A model generated the notes under the pieces. It was not told the origin of the DNA, did no database searches, and saw only the letters and a list, made by a program, of their open reading frames with translations. 64,000 nt of DNA from contig JAUCBJ010004498.1 in assembly GCA_032718475.1 (NCBI GenBank), positions 5,280-69,279 on the forward strand. Direction: 5' to 3'. A program made the translations under genes and the position numbers. This DNA is from Nemertoderma westbladi. Taxonomy: Eukaryota; Animalia; Xenacoelomorpha. This document shows positions 48,501-60,255 of this stretch, piece by piece (the stretch's first letter is position 1; each line of letters starts with the position of its first letter).

Positions 48501-51500
48501 CTTGACTCACTTGTTCTCCATGATACAGACTATTTACTCGTTATCCTTGACTCACTTGTTCTCCATGATACAGACTATTTACTCGTTATCCTTGACTCAC
48601 TTGTTCTCCATGATACAGACTATTTACTCGTTGTCCTTGACTCACTTGTTCTCCATGATACAGACTATTTACTCGTTATCCTTGACTCACTTGTTCTCCA
48701 TGATACAGACTATTTACTCGTTATCCTTGACTCACTTGTTCTCCATGATACAGACTATTTACTCGTTATCCTTGACTCACTTGTTCTCCATGATACAAAC
48801 TATTTACTCGTTATCCTTGACTCACTTGTTCTCCATGATACAGACTATTTACTCGTTATCCTTGACTCACTTGTTCTCCATGATACAAACTATTTACTCG
48901 TTATCCTTGACTCACTTGATCTCCATGGAACAGAATATTTACTCGTTATCCTTGACTCACTTGTTCTCCATGATACAAACTATTTACTCGTTATCCTTGA
49001 CTCAGTTGTTCTGCATGGAACAGACTATTTACTCGTTATCCTTGGACTCACTTGTTCTCAATGATACAGACTATTTACTCGTTATCCTTGACTCACTTGT
49101 TCTCCATGATACAGACTATTTACTCGTTATCCTTGACTCACTTGTTCTCCATGATACAGACTATTTACTCGTTATCCTTGACTCACTTGTTCTCCATGAT
49201 ACAGACTATTTACTCGTTATCCTTGACTCACTTGTTCTCCATGATACAGACTATTTACTCGTTATCCTTGACTCACCTGTTCTCCATGATACAGACTATT
49301 TACTCGTTATCCTTGACTCACTTGTTCTCCATGATACAGACTATTTACTCGTTATCCTTGACTCACTTGTTCTCCATGATACAGACTATTTACTCGTTAT
49401 CCTTGACTCACTTGTTCTCCATGATACAGACTATTTACTCGTTATCCTTGACTCACTTGTTCTCCATGATACAGACTATTTACTCGTTATCCTTGACTCA
49501 CTTGTTCTCCATGATACAGACTATTTACTCGTTATCCTTGACTCACTTGTTCTCAATGATACAGACTATTTACTCGTTATCCTTGACTCACTTGTTCTCC
49601 ATGATACAGACTATTTACTCGTTATCCTTGACTCACTTGTTCTCCATGATACAGACTATTTACTCGTTATCCTTGACTCACTTGTTCTCCATGATACAGA
49701 CTATTTACTCGTTATCCTTGACTCACTTGTTCTCCATGATACAGACTATTTACTCGTTATCCTTGACTCACCTGTTCTCAATGATACAGACTATTTACTC
49801 GTTATCCTTGACTCGCCTGTTCTCAATGATACAGACTATTTACTCGTTATCCTTGACTCACTTGTTCTCCATGATACAGACTATTTACTCGTTATCCTTG
49901 ACTCACTTGTTCTCCACGATACAGACTATTTACTCGTTATCCTTGACTCACTTGTTCTCCATGATACAGACTATTTACTCGTTATCCTTGACTCACTTTT
50001 CTCCATGATACAGACTATTTACTCGTTATCCTTGACTCACTTGTTCTCCATGATACAGACTATTTACTCGTTATCCTTGACTCACTTGTTCTCCATGATA
50101 CAGACTATTTACTCGTTATCCTTGACTCACTTGTTCTCCATGATACAGACTATTTACTCGTTATCCTTGACTCACTTGTTCTCCATGATACAGACTATTT
50201 ACTCGTTATCCTTTACTCACTTGTTCTCCATGATACAGACTATTTACTCGTTGTCCTTGACTCACTTGTTCTCCATGATACAGACTATTTACTCGTTATC
50301 CTTGACTCACTTGTTCTCCACGATACAGACTATTTACTCGTTATCCTTGACTCACTTGTTCTCCATGATACAGACTATTTACTCGTTATCCTTGACTCAC
50401 TTGTTCTCCATGATACAGACTATTTACTCGTTATCCTTGACTCACTTGTTCTCCATGATACAGACTATTTACTCGTTATCCTTGACTCACTTGTTCTCCA
50501 TGATACAGACTATTTACTCGTTATCCTTGACTCACTTGTTCTCCATGATACAGACTATTTACTCGTTATCCTTTACTCACTTGTTCTCCATGATACAGAC
50601 TATTTACTCGTTGTCCTTGACTCACTTGTTCTCCATGATACAGACTATTTACTCGTTATCCTTGACTCACTTGTTCTCCATGATACAGACTATTTACTCG
50701 TTATCCTTGACTCACTTGTTCTCCATGATACAGACTATTTACTCGTTATCCTTGACTCACCTGTTCTCCATGATACAGACTATTTACTCGTTATCCTTGA
50801 CTCACTTGTTCTCCATGATACAGACTATTTACTCGTTATCCTTGACTCACCTGTTCTCCATGATACAGACTATTTACTCGTTATCCTTGACTCACTTGTT
50901 CTCCATGATACAGACTATTTACTCGTTATCCTTGACTCACCTGTTCTCCATGATACAGACTATTTACTCGTTATCCTTGACTCACTTGTTCTCCATGATA
51001 CAGACTATTTACTCGTTATCCTTGACTCACTTGTTCTCCACGATACAGACTATTTACTCGTTATCCTTGACTCACTTGTTCTCCATGATACAGACTATTT
51101 ACTCGTTATCCTTGACTCACTTGTTCTCCATTATACAGACTATTTACTCGTTATCCTTGACTCACTTGTTCTCCATGATACAGACTATTTACTCGTTATC
51201 CTTGACTCACCTGTTCTCCATGATACAGACTATTTACTCGTTATCCTTGACTCACTTGTTCTCCATGATACAGACTATTTACTCGTTATCCTTGACTCAC
51301 CTGTTCTCCATGATACAGACTATTTACTCGTTATCCTTGACTCACTTGTTCTCCATGATACAGACTATTTACTCGTTATCCTTGACTCACTTGTTCTCAA
51401 TGATACAGACTATTTACTCGTTATCCTTGACTCACTTGTTCTCCATGATACAGACTATTTACTCGTTATCCTTGACTCACTTGTTCTCAATGATACAGAC

Positions 51501-54500
51501 TATTTACTCGTTATCCTTGACTCACTTGTTCTCCATGATACAGACTATTTACTCGTTATCCTTGACTCACTTGTTCTCCATGATACAGAATATTTACTCG
51601 TTATCCTTGACTCACTTGTTCTCCATGATACAGACTATTTACTCGTTATCCTTGACTCACTTGTTCTCCATGATACAGACTATTTACTCGTTATCCTTGA
51701 CTCACTTGTTCTCAATGATACAGACTATTTACTCGTTATCCTTGACTCACTTGTTCTCCATGATACAGACTATTTACTCGTTATCCTTGACTCACTTGTT
51801 CTCCATGATACAGACTATTTACTCGTTATCCTTGACTCACTTGTTCTCCATGATACAGACTATTTACTCGTTATCCTTGACTCTCTTGTTCTCCATGATA
51901 CAGACTATTTACTCGTTATCCTTGACTCACCTGTTCTCAATGATACAGACTATTTACTCGTTATCCTTGACTCGCCTGTTCTCAATGATACAGACTATTT
52001 ACTCGTTATCCTTGACTCACTTGTTCTCCATGATACAGACTATTTACTCGTTATCCTTGACTCACTTGTTCTCCACGATACAGACTATTTACTCGTTATC
52101 CTTGACTCACTTGTTCTCCATGATACAGACTATTTACTCGTTATCCTTGACTCACTTTTCTCCATGATACAGACTATTTACTCGTTATCCTTGACTCACT
52201 TGTTCTCCATGATACAGACTATTTACTCGTTATCCTTGACTCACTTGTTCTCCATGATACAGACTATTTACTCGTTATCCTTGACTCACTTGTTCACCAT
52301 GATACAGACTATTTACTCGTTATCCTTGACTCACTTGTTCTCCATGATACAGACTATTTACTCGTTATCCTTTACTCACTTGTTCTCCATGATACAGACT
52401 ATTTACTCGTTGTCCTTGACTCACTTGTTCTCCATGATACAGACTATTTACTCGTTATCCTTGACTCACTTGTTCTCCACGATACAGACTATTTACTCGT
52501 TATCCTTGACTCACTTGTTCTCCATGATACAGACTATTTACTCGTTATCCTTGACTCACTTGTTCTCCATGATACAGACTATTTACTCGTTATCCTTGAC
52601 TCACTTGTTCTCCATGATACAGACTATTTACTCGTTATCCTTGACTCACTTGTTCTCCATGATACAGACTATTTACTCGTTATCCTTGACTCACTTGTTC
52701 TCCATGATACAGACTATTTACTCGTTATCCTTTACTCACTTGTTCTCCATGATACAGACTATTTACTCGTTGTCCTTGACTCACTTGTTCTCCATGATAC
52801 AGACTATTTACTCGTTATCCTTGACTCACTTGTTCTCCATGATACAGACTATTTACTCGTTATCCTTGACTCACTTGTTCTCCATGATACAGACTATTTA
52901 CTCGTTGTCCTTGACTCACTTGTTCTCCATGATACAGACTATTTACTCGTTATCCTTGACTCACTTGTTCTCCATGATACAGACTATTTACTCGTTATCC
53001 TTGACTCACTTGTTCTCCATGATACAGACTATTTACTCGTTATCCTTGACTCACTTGTTCTCCATGATACAAACTATTTACTCGTTATCCTTGACTCACT
53101 TGTTCTCCATGATACAGACTATTTACTCGTTATCCTTGACTCACTTGTTCTCCATGATACAAACTATTTACTCGTTATCCTTGACTCACTTGATCTCCAT
53201 GGAACAGAATATTTACTCGTTATCCTTGACTCACTTGTTCTCCATGATACAAACTATTTACTCGTTATCCTTGACTCAGTTGTTCTGCATGGAACAGACT
53301 ATTTACTCGTTATCCTTGGACTCACTTGTTCTCAATGATACAGACTATTTACTCGTTATCCTTGACTCACTTGTTCTCCATGATACAGACTATTTACTCG
53401 TTATCCTTGACTCACTTGTTCTCCATGATACAGACTATTTACTCGTTATCCTTGACTCACTTGTTCTCCATGATACAGACTATTTACTCGTTATCCTTGA
53501 CTCACTTGTTCTCCATGATACAGACTATTTACTCGTTATCCTTGACTCACCTGTTCTCCATGATACAGACTATTTACTCGTTATCCTTGACTCACTTGTT
53601 CTCCATGATACAGACTATTTACTCGTTATCCTTGACTAACTTGTTCTCCATGATACAGACTATTTACTCGTTATCCTTGACTCACTTGTTCTCCATGATA
53701 CAGACTATTTACTCGTTATCCTTGACTCACTTGTTCTCCATGATACAGACTATTTACTCGTTATCCTTGACTCACTTGTTCTCCATGATACAGACTATTT
53801 ACTCGTTATCCTTGACTCACTTGTTCTCAATGATACAGACTATTTACTCGTTATCCTTGACTCACTTGTTCTCCATGATACAGACTATTTACTCGTTATC
53901 CTTGACTCACTTGTTCTCCATGATACAGACTATTTACTCGTTATCCTTGACTCACTTGTTCTCCATGATACAGACTATTTACTCGTTATCCTTGACTCAC
54001 TTGTTCTCCATGATACAGACTATTTACTCGTTATCCTTGACTCACCTGTTCTCAATGATACAGACTATTTACTCGTTATCCTTGACTCGCCTGTTCTCAA
54101 TGATACAGACTATTTACTCGTTATCCTTGACTCACTTGTTCTCCATGATACAGACTATTTACTCGTTATCCTTGACTCACTTGTTCTCCATGATACAGAC
54201 TATTTACTCGTTATCCTTGACTCACTTGTTCTCCATGATACAGACTATTTACTCGTTATCCTTGACTCACTTTTCTCCATGATACAGACTATTTACTCGT
54301 TATCCTTGACTCACTTGTTCTCCATGATACAGACTATTTACTCGTTATCCTTGACTCACTTGTTCTCCATGATACAGACTATTTACTCGTTATCCTTGAC
54401 TCACTTGTTCTCCATGATACAGACTATTTACTCGTTATCCTTGACTCACTTGTTCTCCATGATACAGACTATTTACTCGTTATCCTTTACTCACTTGTTC

Positions 54501-55902
54501 TCCATGATACAGACTATTTACTCGTTGTCCTTGACTCACTTGTTCTCCATGATACAGACTATTTACTCGTTATCCTTGACTCACTTGTTCTCCACGATAC
54601 AGACTATTTACTCGTTATCCTTGACTCACTTGTTCTCCATGATACAGACTATTTACTCGTTATCCTTGACTCACTTGTTCTCCATGATACAGACTATTTA
54701 CTCGTTATCCTTGACTCACTTGTTCTCCATGATACAGACTATTTACTCGTTATCCTTGACTCACTTGTTCTCCATGATACAGACTATTTACTCGTTATCC
54801 TTGACTCACTTGTTCTCCATGATACAGACTATTTACTCGTTATCCTTTACTCACTTGTTCTCCATGATACAGACTATTTACTCGTTGTCCTTGACTCACT
54901 TGTTCTCCATGATACAGACTATTTACTCGTTATCCTTGACTCACTTGTTCTCCATGATACAGACTATTTACTCGTTATCCTTGACTCACTTGTTCTCCAT
55001 GATACAGACTATTTACTCGTTGTCCTTGACTCACTTGTTCTCCATGATACAGACTATTTACTCGTTATCCTTGACTCACTTGTTCTCCATGATACAGACT
55101 ATTTACTCGTTATCCTTGACTCACTTGTTCTCCATGATACAGACTATTTACTCGTTATCCTTGACTCACTTGTTCTCCATGATACAAACTATTTACTCGT
55201 TATCCTTGACTCACTTGTTCTCCATGATACAGACTATTTACTCGTTATCCTTGACTCACTTGTTCTCCATGATACAAACTATTTACTCGTTATCCTTGAC
55301 TCACTTGATCTCCATGGAACAGAATATTTACTCGTTATCCTTGACTCACTTGTTCTCCATGATACAAACTATTTACTCGTTATCCTTGACTCAGTTGTTC
55401 TGCATGGAACAGACTATTTACTCGTTATCCTTGGACTCACTTGTTCTCAATGATACAGACTATTTACTCGTTATCCTTGACTCACTTGTTCTCCATGATA
55501 CAGACTATTTACTCATTATCCTTGACTCACTTGTTCTCCATGATACAGACTATTTACTCGTTATCCTTGACTCACTTGTTCTCCATGATACAGACTATTT
55601 ACTCGTTATCCTTGACTCACTTGTTCTCCATGATACAGACTATTTACTCGTTATCCTTGACTCACTTGTTCTCCATGATACAGACTATTTACTCGTTATC
55701 CTTGACTCACTTGTTCTCCATGATACAGACTATTTACTCGTTAACCTTGACTCACTTGTTCTCCATGATACAGACTATTTACTCGTTATCCTTGACTCAC
55801 TTGTTCTCCATGATACAGACTATTTACTCGTTATCCTTGACTCACTTGTTCTCCATGATACAGACTATTTACTCGTTATCCTTGACTCACTTGTTCTCCA
55901 TG
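42537..55902. repeat. 45-bp satellite, ~297 copies (13.4 kb), with ~2.1-kb higher-order repeats
   Basis: Unit CTTGTTCTCCATGATACAGACTATTTACTCGTTATCCTTGACTCA. Diagnostic 1-bp deletion variants occur at ~45811, 47880, 49995, 52154 and 54269. Confidence 0.98.
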
Positions 55903-57797
55903 GAACAGGGCATCCGATCCCCTCTCTAGCATCATACTGAGTGTCGGCATCTCGATTGGCTTCGGTTTGGATCCAACGAAGAGCGAGTGAGCCAACCCGG
56001 AAGCTCGGCCCTCCGCAGTTCCCAGATTGGACGAACTCTTCTCCGAACCCAGTAGATGGTCCGCGTGACTCGCGTGGCTCCCGGAAGGCCGACGGCCAAT
56101 CCCTAAACCGGCCTCTGAGTCAGTGAAACTGCCCTCGGGGATCGGCTCTGTCGAAGCGGTCGAAGGTTCAGCATCGTCCAACTTGCCGTGCAAGAGATTA
56201 GCCATGTAGAGACACGGCAAATACGTCATTCTGATATACTTATTCGAGGGGCATCCCTGATTAATAATGGAATCCATGGGTATGCCAGCAAGGTCAGAAC
56301 CAATCACTAACGTTATATCGTTGGAATTACTATTGGAATCTCTGATCTGATATTCTATTGGTTGTATCAATAATTCATGCAACTCTTTCAGCCATGACTG
56401 CATCAAAGTTATATCGCAATTCGTTGGAAGTGATTTATTTTCATTCATCATTTCGTGTGTTTCTGAATTCTTATTTGGGAGAGAACGCATTTCCGTATCG
56501 TATTTTAACCTCGCTTGAATCCCGCAGGTTCTAACGCAGTTAGCTAACGTTCGGACTCTCTGTACTACTCCATTGTCTTCCATTGACTGCGGAGTATTAG
56601 TAGTACGATAATTGTAAAATAAATTGAGACCTGTTGATGGTGTAATAAACCACACAGATAGTTCCTTGCTACTCGACCAAAAGTACAACACATTGGTTCC
56701 AAGTAAATTTACCGAATCGACAATTGCAGATATTGTGCAGCTGGCCGGCGACAAGCGGGACCTTTCTTGATTACGGCGGGACAAAGTGTTTAATAACTCA
56801 TGTCTATTAACCTTTTCTACAAATACCAGAGCTTTTTCGTGATTCCCTAATTTAGAATTAACTGTGATGGAAGCGGAGTAACACTCCCGCAAACTATCCC
56901 AAAGTTCGTTCGGGCCGGAAATGATTTCAGAAGTTCGAGAATTTATTTTTCGCTCGTAGAATTCGATGGCGGTTTCGAGCAGACTTCGAGCTTTCTCCAG
57001 GTCCTTCTCCGACATGCTGTCGCCCATGGCAACACCGAGCCGACCCCGACAAACAGTCGCTAAGTCCTCGTTGAAAGTCGCGGCTATAACCACCGACTGC
57101 TCGTGGTAGTAGAGAGCCTTGGTGTACTGGCCTGAACGCTGATTGGCTAATCCGAGTTTGGACAAGGCCTTGCACTCGATATCCCGTCCCTCTAGTCTTC
57201 GCGAGAATTTAAAATATTCCTGAAAATATTCCACGGATTTCAGAGGTTCTCCGAATTTAAGTAATGCATCCCCGAGGCGATATAGGGTATTAATTCTCAA
57301 CTCGATTTTATTTAGAAATTTAGCTGAGTTACAGGCATTTTCGAGAAAACGTAAAGATAGCTTACCGTTTCCCAAAGCCGTATAAACCGAACCGATTGAA
57401 TATTTGGCGACGCATTTCGCAACCGGGTCTTCGATTCGCTCCGCTATGTCCAGTTGATTATTGTAGTGAATCAGCGCTTCCTTGTAGCTCCCTAAGGACT
57501 CGCATATCTCACCCAGGTTGTTTTCGCAGAGGGCCAAATTGGAGAGCGTTTCGTACGGGGTTCGTGTCCAACGCTCAGATTTAGCGTCTCCGTAAGCGCT
57601 CGCCTTGCGCCGTAAGCGATCCGTAGCAGAAGTATGTTTGGAAGGCACTATACGTTTGGGGATGTCAACTGTCTTTATTGGAGATGCTATTTCTTGGAGG
57701 AGTCGCATATTCCTCGATGCGTTCAAATATGCCGACTCCAAATCTCCAATCTCTGTGTAGCAAACACTCAGAGCATAATTTGCTTCTATTTCACATT
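55891..57797 (-). CDS. Large internal exon of a TPR-repeat + CHAT-domain protein (TTC28-like)
   Basis: TPR motifs NNLGEICESLGSYKEALIHY, YSIGSVYTALG, YRLGDALLKFG and SKLGLANQRSGQYTKALYYHEQ. CHAT N-terminal-like motifs VLYFWSS...LSVWFITP and LKELHELLIQPIE...LAGIPM. Acceptor TTTTCAG| at 57797 (phase 1); donor CAA|GTGAGT at 55891/55890 (phase 0). Confidence 0.85.
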
Positions 57798-59147
57798 CTG
57801 AAAATTATAAATGATAGGTCTGATTGCAAATAATTACATAATTAAATGGCAATCACCCAATCAGAAGATGAATTGATGGTGATACATTCACCAATAAATT
57901 ATACCAACATAAATTTGAATACATACAGTAAGTAGTATTAAAAGGCCAAAAAATATTTAATATAATATGGTATAATAACGCTCCGCATAGCGAAAAACAT
58001 ATCAAAAATTAACCCTATTGGGGCTCGAAACTGGTACCTAGGTTATAAAGTTCCATTTCCCTTCAGCCACGTTTGTTGGGTCTAAGACTACCGAGCTGCT
58101 AGAAGTAATCTTGAAACATAGGTACTGGGTTCGATCCTTAATCGCGTCGGTTGATTATGTTCCGCTATGTTATATTTAATACACCGGTACTGTAACTCTA
58201 GCTCATTAAAATTTATTTATTATTTAAAAATTATTTAAAATCAAAAACCATTTAAGATGCGTTTTGTTACATTGTATTAATTAGCGTTTAAAATTCTAGG
58301 AATAGGCGATCTACAAAAATTAATTTTATTATTATTATTATCAAAAATAATTATTCAATACCAAAATTAAATGACCGTAAAAACATATCATAATTGGAGC
58401 TAGACGTTCGTTATAAGCTTTAGGAGAATTAAATTTATTTGGAAAACAAGTATACTATGACGCTGAAAAGTAATCAATTCCATTGAGGAGGGGAGGGGGG
58501 GGGGGGGGGGGTGTGTACACATTTATAGACATATAGAAACAAAAAAGTTCTAGAACACATCTTGAGTAATCTTGCCGTTGTGCTATAGTGGCTGATAGCC
58601 TTTGTAGGCAAAGTGTAAGATAGTTTCAACTTCACAGTTGTCGTAGCTCGTAGTAACTGGAATTCTTAGAATTAAATGGATATATTGAATGTTAATATGA
58701 CATCAATATTCATCACATGTAACAATTACACACCTTGCGTAGCATGCATGCATGCGTACATTACTTTGAATATTTATGTAAACCTTGCTGTTCGGTACAT
58801 AAATACACTCGCGTCATATCGATGAAAGTGATACTTTTCAACAATGATGTAAAATAAATACTAATTATTATTTAAATAACTCAAAAACAAATTTCAATTT
58901 AAAGATTCAATTTCAGTTTATGACAGGCATATTCTTATTGTTTTTTCATTGTCAAATTTTTAATAGCATTCTTGCTAAAACGTTTTAATAACTCTATTTA
59001 TCTCTAATATTTTAAAAATAATTTTATAACCAGATGCCTATAGTATTTGCCGAAGTAATGGCGTATAATTTATAAAAGTAAATCAAATGATAAATAAATT
59101 ATTTATAATGCGGCTCTCAGGATTATTACATACGAATACCCACTAAC

Positions 59148-59341
59148 CCGTAATCCACTGGTTCATCGATGGATTCGATTGTTCTGATTGAATGGAAACT
59201 GTATTTATAAATCGATCGTAATAGTTTATTGCCAAGGGGTGGTCTCCAAACTCCTGGTGAAGACAGGCTAATTCCGCCAACGACATAATCTCCAATCCGA
59301 TGTCTTTACTTTGGTAAGATCGCAAAATACAATCTTGGTAA
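59148..59341 (-). CDS. Upstream TPR exon of the same TTC28-like gene
   Basis: Acceptor TTTTTACTTACAG| at 59341. Encodes YQDCILRSYQSKDIGLEIMSLAELACLHQEFGDHPLAINYYDRF... The donor ACG G|GTTAGT is phase 1 and joins the next exon in frame (G+AA = Glu). Confidence 0.8.
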
Positions 59342-60255
59342 CTGTAAGTAAAAATAAATATATATTACAAACTTTGGATTCGCTTGATGTGCGAAAACGG
59401 AATGCGAAACAACAGGAAAACAGACAATGCGACTGTTTCACTAAAAACAGTTTCAAAAAAAAGAAATATTTCTGAGAAAAATTTTAAATATTCATCACGG
59501 CTTTCCCAAAGGCCGTGCATAGAATACCGCGATCTTGCACAATAATAATGATATTCATAAAGGAATCTTGTTTGTGCCCAGACAACAGCCCGACAACGGA
59601 GTAACCAGACCCCAAAGGTACAACAGTAAAACAATTAATAACGTTGCAGCATTGTAAGATTTAAAGCAGTTGAGCTGAAAATATGTAGGCATCAAATAGG
59701 ACTATAAGTAGAGATTTTTGAAACTTTCAGACACCATCAGTCCAATAGTCTCCCGCTAGAGGGCTGAATGTCTAATTAACCATCCTCCCATATCTGCGTG
59801 CCGTTCGGTTCAAGCTAAAACTTGATAGATAAGTACTAAAACATTAGCTGTGTGTTTCAAATGAGGTTGATCCTTCTGTAGTTTTCCAGTATGCAACCAA
59901 AGAGCGAAATGTCTGAAAGTAAAATCCTTCTCATATTTGGATTTATGTTCCGTGGAAGGTGAAACTTTTCAGATATGTACTAGAACACAACCCGCTTCTT
60001 TGTGGGACCGTTTATATCACTTTTGCTTCTCGAGATATGTCTGTCTGTCCGTTTGACTGTCGGTCTGTCCGTTAGTATGTCTACAAAACAATTGAAAGCA
60101 TACTATCTGTGTATCAAATATGGTGGTGTGATCATTTTATCTATTTATGCCTGTCAGTCCGTCAAAATATAACTGGCAGCCAAACAGATAATTTTTAAGT
60201 CATAAAATGTGGCGTGTCAAGTAGAAACGTATAGTAAAAGAAAAATCGATTTTCT

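Noticed and set aside
40673-55902. CRISPR-like arrays
   Set aside because: The repeats are contiguous with no unique spacers and no cas genes, and the context is eukaryotic.
42481-55940. Long ORFs up to 1425 aa (MIQTIYSLSLTHLFS / LDSLVLHDTDYLLVI repeats)
   Set aside because: The unit length is a multiple of 3 and happens to be stop-free in two frames. Frequent 1-2 bp indels switch frames freely, so these are not protein-coding.
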